Positions 1 through 15,639 of a DNA stretch of 64,000 nt are shown here, one piece after another. Source of the stretch: Eledone cirrhosa (lineage: Eukaryota); the NCBI GenBank assembly GCA_964016885.1, contig OZ024742.1, forward strand, positions 249,116,001 through 249,180,000. The letters are read 5' to 3'. Under the pieces are notes generated by a model. The model saw only the letters and a program-made list of their open reading frames with translations. It did no database searches and was not told the origin of the DNA. Both the position numbers and the translations under genes were made by a program. Position 1 is the stretch's first letter; every line of letters begins with the position of its first letter.

Positions 1-63
1 CTACTCAGCCGTTAATATGCATACGGTAAGTATATAGGTTCAACAATCTGGCAGGAAGATATA

Positions 64-104
64 TGTTGCTGACGATAGCTAATAAGCTTGAAACTAGTAC
101 ATCG
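64..104 (+). ncRNA. Minimal type-I hammerhead ribozyme motif
   Basis: tgttg-CTGACGA-t-agct-aata-agct-t-GAAA-ctag-TA-catcg: canonical core, 4-bp stem II, palindromic stem III; stem I imperfect. Confidence 0.7.
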
Positions 105-246
105 TTCCTTTGTCAGTGTTGAACAAACGAGCAGCGATTGTTGCTGGACACTACGGCTAAATACGGGATGTTTGTTTACAAACACACCGAGCATTATAAT
201 ACATGTTCGGTGAATCCATACGTACATATATATATATGTGTGCATG

Positions 247-293
<47 letters not shown>

Positions 294-788
294 TTTTATA
301 TATGAAAAAAATGTATTGCTTATCGTCCTGTTAATAAATTTATATTTATGACTGAAAGACGCAGTCGAACTTTTTATTTAAATAGATTTTGGAGATATAT
401 TTTTATATTCTTAAATTTATTAGCTTTTATTAACTTTATAAATTGTTGTAATGCTTATGATGTATGTTTATTTACTAATTATGATATATGCCTTGCACTA
501 TTCTTAACTTCTTTATAGCGGGATATTTCTCTGTACCAACATTCATTTTTTTATTTTTAATGCTTTTAGCTGCTCCTAATTTCATTTTTTGCATTTATAT
601 GCTCATATTTTTCATATGCTTCTTCTACCTTTGCTATCTTCTCTTATATGAATGTTCTAAAACACTCTTTGATTGCTGTTTATAAAGTATTTCTGCTCTG
701 TATATACTTGTTATTTTACATTGAGTTATTCTCATACTTGTAATTGGATAATATTTAATATTAACCACATTTTATACAGACACACACA

Positions 789-906
<118 letters not shown>

Positions 907-978
907 CATATATATATACATATATATATATGTGTGTATGTATATATATATATATATGTATATAAATATATGTATACA

Positions 979-1046
<68 letters not shown>

Positions 1047-1494
1047 TGTGTGTGTGTGTGTTTTAATACAATTATAAAAATATATATTACTTTAATTTAA
1101 TCATGTAAACAAAAGGAACAACATTTATTTAAAAAGCATTGAAAGTGTTAAATGAGAGGAAACATCTTAATAGGTTCAAACTTATAGAAAAATAGACAAA
1201 GTGCTGTTTTATTTTATTCTATGAGAAAAATTGCTATGACTCCACACTATACTTACTTGTTATGCTGCTTTAGATGGGAGAGAAAGGAGTGACCTACCCA
1301 AGGTCATTTCAAGATGTGTGACGATTCTGGACGAGAAAGAAGAACCAAACCGAATGTTTGTCTTACACTTTATTTATCAAACCCCGTAAAGCTGAAAGGC
1401 AAAGTTAAGATAAATGGGATTTGTACTGAGATCGCAAGATTTTCTTTCAAGTTCATGTTCTAATGACTCTGCCTATTCCTTAGTGGTAACATTG

Positions 1495-1790
1495 CTAGCG
1501 GTGGTGGTAGTGGTGATGGTGGTGGTGGTAGTGGTTGTGGTGGCTGTGTTGGCGGTGGTTGTGGTGGTAGTGGCGGTGGTTGGTAGTGGTGGTGGTGGTG
1601 GTGGTGGCTGTGGGGGGGTGGCGATGGTGACGGTGGTGGTGGTGGTGGTGGTGGTGGTGGTGGTGGTGGTGGTAACGGTGCTGGTAACGGTGGTGGTGGT
1701 GGTGGTGGTGGTGGTGGTGGTGATAGTGCTGGTAATGGCCGTACGAGGAACGGTGACTGTTGCAGTAGTGACGGTGGTGATGATGAAGAT
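1495..1790. repeat. (GGT)n degenerate microsatellite
   Basis: Long ggt/gtg run that produces the poly-V, poly-P and poly-T ORFs. Confidence 0.9.
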
Positions 1791-2041
1791 TGTGCCGGAA
1801 TCATGGCTGCTGATGTTATCGTTCATTCAGTAATTATTGGTATGATGCGAAGCGTCTCAATGTTGGTTCCATGGCATTACCCAAGAATATGGCTAATGAA
1901 CGTTACACTCTGTAAAGATATATGATTTTCAGACACCTTTACTGTGATGTTCCTCACTCTACAGGGCATACCTAGACATTTTGGCTCTTGATTTTATATA
2001 AGTATACACATACATCTATATATATATTTTTTGTTATAAAC

Positions 2042-2189
<148 letters not shown>

Positions 2190-2754
2190 GTATAAAATGG
2201 GTTAGTGTAAATGGCTGACATCAAAAGAGAAAGGTAAAATTACCCACAAAGACATAATCTCCGATTTCACATTTTATCGGGAAAAAATCAGATTAGACTA
2301 AAAGTACCTTTTCTCTTCAAAGAGTTACCAAAGGTAGATAACTGTAATTATACATGCTTAACTCACTCTCAATTATTGTCATCATAAACGTATCTAACAT
2401 TTTCTTGCACGTGACGTCAGTCGTAAAATGTACTTAGATTGCAAATGAGGGAGATACGAAAATAGAATTCCTTACAGAAGTGTTGTGTAATGTGAAGTAA
2501 AACTTGTGATGTCCAATTCATGAAATGATTTAGATACACCATTCCATAATACGCCATGGGCGCATTTATCCCGATGAAGTTTTAGGAGTACTCTCATTTT
2601 AAACCTGATGGAGCTCGTCCGTTTCCAGGTCTGAATACAGCTGACTTCTTACAGAGGAGAAAGGGGGGGAGAGAGAGAGAGGGAGAGAGAGCGAAGGAAA
2701 AATACAGTGAAAAAGAGAGGAAGTGCGATAGAGATATAGATGAAGACTGAGCTC

Positions 2755-2895
2755 CACTAGTGTATTAATACTTTATTTATCGACCTCGAAATGCTGAAAG
2801 GCAATGTTAACTTTGGTAGGATTTGAACTCAGACAGTTAAAAAACCGTAACAAGTACCAGCAATCATTCTATCCGAAGTTTTAACATCTCACCAC
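2755..2895 (-). mobile_element. tRNA-derived SINE, decayed copy
   Basis: ttatcgacctcgaaatgctgaaaggcaatgttaactttggtaggatttgaactcag matches the other copies; a shorter remnant lies at ~1366-1435. Confidence 0.75.
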
Positions 2896-3656
2896 CTGTT
2901 ATATTTTATGTATACACGGTAACATTTTATGACGCATTCTGAATAAACTTATATTTTTTTCTGCAGTTTAGTCAATGCTTCTGAAACTGGTGGGTTGGAT
3001 TAAGGATGTTTGAATGAAACAAGAAACGGGGACCAAATGCGTAAAAAAATAGATTAGACTTCGTTAAAGACAGTCAATGATTATGTGGTGGCATTAAACC
3101 ATACGATTGTTTATGTCCCCAGCAAAAGGTAAATCTACTACTCAATGTTAGGTCTATATATATAAAATATCTTGGGTGCACTTGTATATCTATATTTCTG
3201 TCATATAAAAAAAAAATAGGTATAAACGCATGAATTTCGATTACATATATATAGAAATTTAGTGTACACTTACGTATTGCCATTTTAAACATGTAAAACG
3301 CTGTTTGTACATTTATCTACTTACATTGGTATTTACAGGTAGATATTCTGATGTCACACACATAAAATACTGCGTGTACTTACATATTCTTGCGGCGTAC
3401 ATATACAACAATTGGTATACACTTAACCATTTGAAACACTAGTTAAATGCTAAAGTAATGTGATGCCACGCGTAAGGTATACTGAAAACACTTACCTATT
3501 GTGATTACAATCATATGAAACACTTTATATACATTTTTGTATTGAAATGCGATAGATAGCAATGATTATGGGCCCTTGGTAATAGTCTATGTGACAATCC
3601 GGAAAGATATCGATTTTAAGTAAAAAAAGAAAAAAAATGATCACTTTAGTCTGTAA

Positions 3657-4078
<422 letters not shown>

Positions 4079-4504
4079 TCGTAGAGGCAGATTTGTTATG
4101 ACTGACTTTTCTAGAAGATAGTGGAGCATTTATATATACCCACACACAGTATGTATGTATGTTTGTCTGTTTGTTTATATTTACTTTTGAAAAGTAAATT
4201 CTGTTCCGTGCCGTAACTATTTTCACCTTATTTTTTCCTTGCTTTTAAAAAAACGTAATCCCAGTTTTTAACGAAGTTTCAACTAAACAAACAGAACATC
4301 AGCTCTGAAATAACAAACTATGTTACAAGAAACACGTATTATATAATAAGGATTTACGTTTATTGACCACGAACGACCCCCGGGAATGTTAACTGATATT
4401 TTTACAGATGTTAGTCGAAAACTTAAGCAAAATAGAACCAGAGAAGGCAGTTATACAACAAAAATATTAGTCTTCAAATTCCTACATTTTATTTTATGTG
4501 AAGA

Positions 4505-4960
4505 CATGTGGCTTAAGGGTTTGGGTGTTGTGCTCATGCTCGTAAAAATCGTAAGTTTAATTTCCATGTCGTGTTGAGAATTACATCCTTGAGCAAGGCA
4601 CTTTATTTCACGTTACTACAGCTAGAAGAAGATAGGTTGTACCTATCATATCACAAAGTCTGTTGTCCAGAACTGCGTTAGAATTACACATACTTGTGGA
4701 CTCTACCTGCACTGCAGAGGACCAGCTTTGAGCTACGTTGAGAGTGCTCGTGTTATTGGGAGGCTCAGCCACTTGCAATATGATCCATATGAGACTGTAG
4801 CTGCATTTCGGAGGAACACGCATTTTACACACTGTAACATGCTGGATCCTACGATGAATTACGTTATAAGTACACATATCCGTTAATTTCACGAGCAGGT
4901 AGAGCCATTGTACGAAAACTAAGAGTACTCATCGTCGGAAAAGACGGAGTTTCTAAACAC
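4505..4960 (+). mobile_element. Old SINE-like element, second family
   Basis: Decayed tRNA-like head (gtggcttaagggttt...) followed by ccttgagcaaggcactttatttcacgtt. Confidence 0.45.
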
Positions 4961-5170
4961 AAACATGCATAATAAAGTTTTCCTTTTATTGGTCACAAGC
5001 GACACCATGGGAATGTTAACATATATTTCAGATCAATATAGAACCGGAGAATGTAATACGAACATCTTTCACTTTAAATTACTATTCATCATTTATTCTT
5101 TGCAGCTTACTTCTGTATTGCTATTTGCACAGTTCTTTAAACTGTCTGTCTGTCTATCTATACATACACG

Positions 5171-5301
<131 letters not shown>

Positions 5302-5344
5302 CTATCTATATATCTACAGTATATATCTATTTATCTATCTATCT

Positions 5345-8300
5345 AGTCGTATTTAGATAGGTTCTTCATTAGAGAAAGGGATAAGGAGATGTTAAGCGGT
5401 CTACGAATGCACATGGTTGCCTATTCAGATCACAAGTTAGTCGTCTGTTTAGTCAACCGTGATAGAATACATAGACAGGCACCTGGATACTGGAAGCTGA
5501 ACGTGTCGTTGCCGGCACGTAAAGCTTACAGTGAACGGATAAGTAGACTAGTCAAGCAACAGTTAACGGGAGCCATCGTCAACAATAGATGGTGGTACTC
5601 TCTCAAGAAAGCAATTAGAATAGAATCGATAGGGTATAGCAGAGAGTTAGCATTAGAGAAAAACAGAATAGTAAGAGAACTAGTAGCCAAGGTAGAGGAG
5701 GCACTTAGAAGAGGCAACGCAGCTAGACTGTTAGCGTCGAGAACAGCACTGGACCAGTTCTTCGATGCGAAACACGAAGGCTGCGTGGGCAGAAGCAAAA
5801 CACGTGCTCTAGGAAATGAAGGAGCGAAAACTGTCAGCTGGGCCCGAGTGGCGGAGGCAAAAAGTGGCAACAAGGCCACGAATCGGTCTTTGAAAGACCA
5901 AAATGGACGCGTGCTACTTGACCCCAATCAAATGTGCGCGGCCTTTCAGTGGCACTTTGCGCGACTGTTTGAGCAGAACGACGGTGATCCGAACGGGCAT
6001 TGGACTTTAGTTGATACCTCGATGGCCTGCCGCGTCTCTCGAACACGGACGCCGAGTTCTGCGAAAGACCGATCACGGACACTGAGATACGGGACGCTCT
6101 GGGCCGCTGCGAGAAACGCAAGTCACCCGGTCTAGATAGTCTACCGTCCTCGAAGCCGTCTACTGCAATTGGCAGCAGAACGGGAGAATTCCCAGTTCTG
6201 CAGGCAAGGGCGTAGTAACGCTGATCAGGAAAGACGAGAACAAGGGGGACGAAATTAACAACTTCAGGCCCATAACTCTGCTCAACACTGAGTTAAAGAT
6301 TTTGGCCAAGGTGCTAGCGACGAGGTTGGCGCTTGTCAACAAGAACCAGGTAGGGAAAGCGCAAACGTGTGCAATCCCGACCAAGTCCATACACGATAAC
6401 CTCCACCTCATGTGATACATCATAGAGAGGGTGGGTAGTAAATCCGGTTTCGGTGGTGCTCTGTTCAACTTGGATCAGTCTAAGGCATTCGATAGGGTCG
6501 ACCATCGATACTTGGAAGCGGTTCTCAAGGCGGCCGGTTTCGGTCCCGTGTTCAGAGGATGGATCGAGGCGATGCACACCAGCATCTTCTCGAGGGTCAA
6601 GGTGAACGGCTCCCTATTGGAGCCGTTCGCAATCACGCGTTCCATTCAATAGGGGTGCCCTCTTTCCTCCATTCTGTATGTATTGACTCTAGAGCCACTA
6701 CTGCGGAAATTGGAGCTGTTGCAGGGCATCCCTCTAGAACCGGGTCTGCGCAAAGCGGCGTCGGCTTATGCCGACGACGAGACGGTGATGGTGTCGAGCA
6801 CCTCGGAAATCGGGGTGATCGGCAACTTACTGAAAGAATACGAAACGCTGACAGGAGCAAAACTAAACCCGGACAAGTCTGTCGGTTTGCAACTCGGTAC
6901 GTGGAGAGACAAACCGATGCCTTCCGATGGCGTCGTTGGACGCTGGACGGAAGGACCGGTGAAGCTGCTCGGAGTCTGGGTTCGGTCCAGACCTCCAGGT
7001 GGAGAAAAACTGGAACGAGGTCACTGCCAAGGTGTTTGCACTCACCCAGAAGTGGGCAGAGTGCAAACTGTCCTTGAAAGGTCGAGCGGAGGTTGCGAAC
7101 ACTTTCATAGCGTCCGTCATCTACTACCGCTTGACTGTCGTGCCTTGACCCGTGAACACCTCGCCAAGATGGAACGCATGCTCTTCCAGTTTCTGTTGAA
7201 GAAGCAGGCTCCGCTGGTGAGGAGATCCGTCTGCTGTCACCACCCTTCCAACGGAGGGTTGGGAATGCCGTAGCTGATGATGCGCAAACATGCGTTGAGG
7301 CTGCGGCATCTCCAGGTATTCCTCACCGACCCCCAACCGGTGTGGGCACCGTTTGTGAGACAGGCTTTCCCACAGCTCGTCTCGCTGACGGAGCTGCAGT
7401 CCTGGGTGAAGAAAAGACCGAAAAGGATGGGCGCCTGGCACATTGAATGCGCTCAGGCGTTCACAGTCCTCTGGCAAGTGGACGCAGCAATCAGAGGAGA
7501 CTCCACTTCGACATCCTATAGAGGGATTCTACGTTACAAGGGCGACGACGTGCTCGAGGAGACTCTGGGCGTCGAAGACGATGAGCTCACCAGTCTGTTT
7601 GGTAGGACTTTGCGCCCGGGACCTATGGACAACTTCCAGAGGTCCCTGGCCTGGCAGTGCTACCGAGGAGCTCTACCGGTTCGTGACAAGATCTACAGGC
7701 ACGGACGCCCCGGCAGGGATCCTTCCAAGAGGACGTGTCCAAGATGCGCGCAGGACATTGAAACAGTCCTGCACGCAATTGTACACTGCCCGGGCGTAAC
7801 CGACCTGTGGAACTATGCAGAACAACTGCTGTCGCGTATGGGACAAATCCATTTGACTGCCGAGTCCATAGTAAGGATCAAACCGCCAGCCTCTTTCAAA
7901 AACGAAAGAGAGGCGGTTTTCCTCTGTACGGTGGCTATGGTGAAAGAAGTTACATGGTGGACGAGGTTGAGAGGACTGAGGACAGATGCCTTTCTCTCCG
8001 GACAACAATTGATTCGCTTCTTTAAGTTACACTTTAGAAGGAGAATCAGGGTGGAAAGAGAGGTACTGCACCCCAGTAAATTTACTGAAAGGTGGGTGGA
8101 TGAAGCGAAAATGGCCCGAGTGATTAGGCCTTCTCTGTTTATAAGCCTGTAGGTTGAAGAGGAGAGCAAAAGGAAGAAAGGTGCACTTGCACAACACGCA
8201 CCTGGAGTTGAGGGTTGTTCTATCGACGGGGTATTAAACAACCCATTTGTCGTGCCTCCCCCCTATTGGGGATTTCGATTGTTGTAATTCTTTGTTTTTA

Positions 8301-8390
8301 TATTTTTTACACGACTGTATGTAAAATCCCCGGCATGTCTTTGTATTGTACCCTTTTCTTGTGCGCCCTTGTGGCTATTAAAGAAATATA
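5345..8390 (+). mobile_element. 5'-truncated Tx1-type non-LTR retrotransposon (ORF2 pseudogene)
   Basis: APE C-terminal SDH motif, GYWKLN, FRPITLLNTELKILAK, DQSKAFDRVDH, SAYADD, C-terminal CPRC...H.IVHC; stops and frameshifts; (TATC)n on both sides. Confidence 0.93.
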
Positions 8391-8432
8391 TCTATCTATC
8401 TATATCTATATATATATATATAGATATAGATA

Positions 8433-8587
8433 GCAATTATCCCAGTCCATTACTGATGCTTTAGTTTATCGTCCCCGTAAGGATGAAAGACAAAGCTAAT
8501 CTTGGCGGGATCTAAACTCAGAACGTAAATGGTCATAACTCTATGCTGCAAATCATGGTGTCTGACGCTCTAGCGATACTGCCATCC

Positions 8588-8623
<36 letters not shown>

Positions 8624-8810
8624 TGGTTCTACTTATGGCACAAGGCCAGCAATAATCCAGTGCATTACTGGTATCTTATTTTATCGACCCTGTAAGGATG
8701 AAAGGCAAAGTTAACCTCGGCGGGATTTGAACTCAGAATGGTAAGGCCCGTAATTCTATGCGTCAAAGCATGGCGTCTGACCCTCTACCGATACTGACAA
8801 TCCGCCGCCC
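8433..8810 (-). mobile_element. Two tandem tRNA-derived SINE copies
   Basis: 8433-8589 and 8622-8810, separated by (AAT)n; A-box/B-box-like motifs on the minus strand. Confidence 0.88.
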
Positions 8811-8827
8811 ATAAATTACTTTATTGG

Positions 8828-9890
8828 TTAAAAGGGGCGACATATGGGGGACAATACAAAAGACGGGGAATATAGGGGTTTACACAAAAATCGATTTAAT
8901 ATTATAAAAACATTAATAATAAACAGTATAACTGTAACAATACAAATCCCCAAGAGTGTGGAGGACCACCCAGGGGGTGACTCAGGAACCCCACCAATCC
9001 TGAAACATCCGAGGCTGCGATACCACCCGACGAAGGAGCCCCTCATCTCTCAAAATCAACCAGCATACAGGAACATTCACATAGGCCATCCTGGTAACAT
9101 TCACCAACCTATTAGTAAATGCACTAGGGATCAGCACTTCTCTTTCCAGCCTCAGCTTCCTTTCCAAGTAAAACTTGAAAAGGTTGATGAGGGATTGGGC
9201 GAACCGAAAAGTATCTGTCTTCAGTCCTTTCAGTCTCTTCCACCATGCAAGCGCTTTCGCTACAGCCACCAGGCACAGTAAAACTGCCTACCCTTCCCGA
9301 TCAAAAGAAAACACCGGGACGATCTTCACGATGGGCTACACAAGTCAGTAATGCACAAAAACTGGACGAGTGCACGCAGAGCGGTTTCCTTCATCTCCGT
9401 CTGCCAGCACTTCCGGGCCTGTTGGGTTTATCTCGAATCGTCAGTCTCCCGGTAGCACTGCCAAGCGAGGGACTTCTGGAAATTGCCCATTGTCCCCGCT
9501 CGAAAGTTCTTCGGAACAGACTGGCAAGTTCGACTTCGTCAATGCCCAGATCCTCTCCGAGTGAGTCGTCGCGCTTGCCAAACCACTAATCTTCTATAGA
9601 AATTGGAAGTGGAAGTTTCATTAACCACATTGCCTGTCTAATATAAGGAAGGGAGTTTATAGTAACATTCAAAATGTTAAGCGATCAGCTCAGATGCCGC
9701 AGCCTCAGCATATGTCTGCGCATCATTAGCTATGGAATGTCCAGCCCACACGTAGAGGGTGCTGGCAGCAGATGGACCACCTTACCAATGGAACTTGTCC
9801 CCTCCACAAGAAGTTGAAGAGCAATCGTTCCAAATTGGTGAGACGCAAAAGGAGGCAAGGCACGATGGTCAGGCGCTAATAGGTGACGGA
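8828..9890 (-). mobile_element. Decayed 3' fragment of a Tx1-type LINE (other subfamily)
   Basis: Minus-strand AWWKRLKGLKTDTF...KFYLERKLRLEREVL aligns with the ORF2 C-terminus at 7277-8152; related 3' UTR. Confidence 0.85.
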
Positions 9891-10018
9891 TGCAATACAC
9901 ACACACACACACACACACACATATATTAATGTATTTGTAAATATATATATAAGGAAAAAAGATGAAATCGAAAATGCAACTGGAGTCTTTTTTTATAAAA
10001 AAATATATTCATGTGGTT

Positions 10019-10056
10019 CCTTTACCGGTTTCGCAGTTGTTATGCTTTTCAAAAGT
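10019..10056 (-). ncRNA. Hammerhead-like motif with U3:A8 core variant
   Basis: Minus: actt-TTGAAAA-gca-taacaac-tgc-GAAA-ccgg-TA-aagg; part of a repeat shared with 45420-45560. Confidence 0.55.
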
Positions 10057-10080
10057 AGGGTTGAGATGGAGGGCTTGTGG

Positions 10081-11243
<1,163 letters not shown>

Positions 11244-11349
11244 ATATATATATAGAGAGAGATATATGTATGTATATGTATATGACTGTGTATATATAAT
11301 ATATATGAGTGTGTATATATATATATAAATATATATATTTATATATATA

Positions 11350-11393
<44 letters not shown>

Positions 11394-11491
11394 TATATAT
11401 ATAAATATATAGACACTCATATATATATAATATATATAAATATATATATATATACCCCATATACATACACACACACACATATATATATATA

Positions 11492-11574
<83 letters not shown>

Positions 11575-12109
11575 AGAGAGAGTGAGCGTGAGAGATAGAG
11601 AGAGAGATTGTGTGAGAGGCAGGCAAGTAATCAGACTCACGAGGAGGAGAGAATGCTAGCCATTGACGTAATTGAGTGGAGTGCTGTCTAACGTTTAAGT
11701 GAAAACATTTTGAAATAAGGAAGTTGTTATTTAAAAGATAATTAACTGTGATGTAATAAGGGTTGAATTTATGTAGTTATAACAATTGTGCATTGGCAAC
11801 CATTTACATCAGATCCTCGTATTTATATATCCAATATGGCTGCGGGAAAACACCTCAACCCCCACCGATGCTCTGCCCTCAAGCATATGATATCCGGAAA
11901 TAGAAAGAAAATGATGATTTACGTAAATGTTTTCATTGCAATTGAACTAAAATAACTATTTAATTATTTGTTTAAATATAGGAGTAAATGTCATTTGTTT
12001 GTAAATGTTTTTGTTTGAACGAATTGTCTCATTGGGCGTTTAGTTAACTTGTACATAAATATATATGCGGAAAAACACATGTATGTAAGGATGGATGTAT
12101 GTATGTATG

Positions 12110-12560
12110 TATAACTCCGATATAAAACCTGCGGCTCAGTTGTTACTGATGATGTTTTCTTCTTTTCGGGCTATAGCTACTGTCGCTCATAGAGTGGGAT
12201 TGGCTCAGTGCACAGCCTTTCCTCACTTTAAAAAATATCTTCACGCACAGGCATTGCACGATAGAATTAATTAATTGTTTCTATTTTAGGCACAAGGCCA
12301 GAAATAACCCAGTTCATTACTGGTACTTTATTTTATCGACCCCGTAAGGAAGAAAGGCAAAGTCAACCTCGGCGGGATTTGAACTCAGATCGTAAAGGGA
12401 CGTAACTATGCTGGAAAGCATAGCGTCCGACCCTCTACCGATACTGCCAATAATTAATAATTATTAATAATGGTATATCGTGCAATGGGCATACTCGATA
12501 ACGAGGGGGCAGCCATCATCATGTATGTATGTATGTATGTATGTATGTATGTATGTATGT
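12110..12560 (+). mobile_element. RTE-type non-autonomous element 3' part with nested SINE
   Basis: Reverse complement of 40408-40640; (TATG)n tail; SINE at 12274-12451 sits in its AT-rich hairpin loop. Confidence 0.75.
12274..12451 (-). mobile_element. tRNA-derived SINE
   Basis: Near-complete match to the other copies. Confidence 0.9.
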
Positions 12561-12591
12561 GTGTATATATATATATGTGTGTATGTATGTG

Positions 12592-12650
<59 letters not shown>

Positions 12651-12651
12651 T

Positions 12652-12707
<56 letters not shown>

Positions 12708-13207
12708 ATATATATATATATATACATATTTATTATATTATTATTATTATCATTAATTTTTTTCTCTCGTGCAATGGCCATACTCGACAACGAGGTGGCA
12801 GCCATCATGTATGTACGCATGAATGTATGTATGTATGCTTGAATGTGTGCATATATGCAAGTATATATGCAAGTATATATGCAAGTATATATGCAAGTAT
12901 ATATGTATGTAGATATGCAAACATGCATGTATTTATGTCTTAAGAATTCAACCTGCCCGGCCTCCTGTCACGTTACTTTATAATATATATATATGCGGGG
13001 AGGGGGGGGGGGGGCGTAATTATACGTAGGTGTAAGAAGGAAAAAGGAAAACAGTGTTCAATCTGAAAGAGAGCTGATATATTATATTATTTGTTTATGC
13101 TCATACACAACAAAAGCGCTACCGAAGTTTCAAGGCCCAATATTGACCATATCTCTAGGATGTAAGAGGGATAAAAATTGTGGCCTAATCTTCAAGCATC
13201 TCTACGG

Positions 13208-13712
13208 GTTTATAAGATGCCGTTAAAAGTAGAGCGTGCTAAAATTCTAGATTACGAAAAACGTGTTATAACAAAAAGAAATATTCGACCAACATAATTT
13301 GTTTAATATCTTTTGTTAGTCTTCTACTCTCCTTCATACCTTAATAAATATTACCATCTCTATATTCCATACCAGTACATAATGCCATACTACTGCTATA
13401 GAGCACGTATACTATCAGGTGCATAACTTCTGGATTGGCAGTGTCGGTAGAGGGTCGGACGCCATGCTTTGACGCATAGGGTTACGGCCCTTGCCATTCT
13501 GAGTTCAAATCCCGCCGAGGTTAACTTTGCCATTCATCCTTATTGGGTCGATAAAATAAAGTACCAGTAATGTACTGTGATAATTGCTGGCCTTGTGCCA
13601 AAAGTAGAAACAATTATTTTAAAATACATCTTGGAGTTATTTACCTTTGTTATAATACGTTTACGTAAACTAGCATTTTAGCACGCTTTACTTTTAAAGG
13701 TATCTTATAAAC
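13208..13712. mobile_element. Old fold-back or MITE-like element with nested SINE
   Basis: ~68-bp diverged inverted repeats at 13208-13276 and 13645-13712. Confidence 0.7.
13433..13615 (+). mobile_element. tRNA-derived SINE (sense orientation)
   Basis: A-box-like tggcagtgtcggtag, B-box gagttcaaatc, conserved core. Confidence 0.9.
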
Positions 13713-13930
13713 ATACGTTGGGCGGATTCTCGATGGGTATCAGCAGTGATCACTGTTAAAATGATACTCTATACGTTATTAGAGTATAGGTATATTTATT
13801 TTATATGGATATGACTTACACAGGAATATAACTATTTCATTCGTATGAAATCATCAAGAAAATTCTGATAATACCTTACGGATGAAACGGTTCTCGTCCT
13901 GTACATGCCACTTCTATATCTATATCTATC

Positions 13931-14050
<120 letters not shown>

Positions 14051-14228
14051 TATATTCATGTGTGTGTATGTGTATGAGTGTGTATGAATTAGCAGTAACA
14101 CTAACATACAGTGATTCATCAAAGAGGTATACATGAAGGCATATACGATATGTTTATGTATAACAGATAGATATTAATCATGAAATGAGTGTTTATGAAT
14201 TTGTTATATATATAAGAGAACATGTGTA

Positions 14229-15005
14229 TCTATATATTACTAAAAGTCTGTGGTTGCTTGCTTGCTTGTCTGTAATGTAATACAGCCAAAAGAGCGCATA
14301 ATGGGAAAATACTCCGAAAGTAAAATAACCCTGAAATGGGAATACAAACGGAATGAAACAAGTTTGGCAAATTTTTCAGTATTCAAAAAATATCTTTAAC
14401 TGAATAGAATTTTAAAAATATATAAAAAAAAATGTTTTTCAGTGATTTGTCAATGAATATAATTTCAAAGATACAAGTTGTTTGTACTTTAAGTATTTAT
14501 ATTTCAGCTTTCTTTAAACAGACCATTCAACAGACGATATTTCAATTATTAAAAAGAACATTTTAAATTGAATATGACTGAAAAATGCGAGTTGTTTTTA
14601 TAGTAAATGATTATATTTTTGTTTTTGTTAAACAGAATATTTTAATTATTTAGAAATATTTTTAAGTGAATGTGATTTCGAAAATACAAGTTGTTCGTAC
14701 AGTAAGTATTTTTATTTTAGCTTTCTTTACACAACAATATTTTAATTTTTTTTTATCGAAAATACAAGTTGTTCGTTCAGTAAGTATTTGTATTTTAGCT
14801 TTCTTTAGACAGACAATATTTAAATTTTTTAAAAAATTATTTTCAAGTGAATACAATTAAAAAAATATGTTTTGGCATATTTAAAAACTATTCTTAAGTG
14901 AGAATGACCTTCCAATTTCATTTTACATTATATATATATGTCTGTGAATATTGTAATTATTTAAAAATTATTTTTAAGTGACACAACGGGCCACGGGTCG
15001 TCTAG
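14229..15005 (+). mobile_element. Non-autonomous Helitron
   Basis: 5' TC start (a|tctatatattactaaaag), 3' GC-rich patch then CTAG|t, AT target site, three internal copies of atacaagttgtt...agtattt...agctttcttt. Confidence 0.72.
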
Positions 15006-15639
15006 TATCTAGACTAAAAACAATGTAACCAAGTGAAATTAAATCCATTTGAATTTAGTTCGTCTGAAGAAAGGTAACACACGAATTTATTTCCAGTCCT
15101 TAAAAGTGAAACAATTTAACCATTAAAGTAGTAACAATAACGACTGACACTCAAATAAAAATATACATGGAATTTCTGGTCGAAGAAACTGAATGGCAAT
15201 CTTTGGTACATTGAACCAACTCTAAGGAATATTGAACAAATGCGATTTTGAAAAATACACCCATCGTCTTTTATATGGACAAGCTCACTGAAGATCCACG
15301 TGCTAATTGTAGGTTTCTCTACAACTTACTTTTGAAATATACACTTATTTACATAACTGTAACTAACAGTTTGATATCGATGAAATCAGTGTCGGTTTTG
15401 GAACATATCAATATTTTGATATTTTTTTTTTATTAATTGGTTAGTATTAGTTGTATTAATTTTATTGATAACCCTAATCGTTTTGTTCCTTTATTGCCAC
15501 CACACTACTAAATAAATACGTGTATACTCTAGTTCTGAAATGTTTTACAGTTATAACTGAGAAAGATAAAGAGTGGCACATCGTTACACTGCTATCTTGT
15601 GGTATTGTGTTTTCGTAAATCTATTGGTATGCGACTAAC

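Noticed and set aside
1414-1833. Mucin-like, poly-Pro or poly-Val ORFs
   Set aside because: Product of the (GGT)n repeat; open in several frames, no domain or splice support
5389-8152. Active LINE ORF2
   Set aside because: 5'-truncated with in-frame stops, frameshifts and an internal deletion near 6145
8433-8810. CRISPR-like tandem repeats
   Set aside because: Tandem SINE copies in eukaryotic DNA; no regular repeat-spacer structure and no cas genes
13433-13530. Possible tRNA gene
   Set aside because: A/B boxes are present but there is no cloverleaf; it is the head of a multicopy SINE
13860-13900. Hammerhead-like ctgataa...gaaac (similar weak hits near 350, 13115-13160 and 39045-39075)
   Set aside because: Core mismatches and no convincing stem I; not counted
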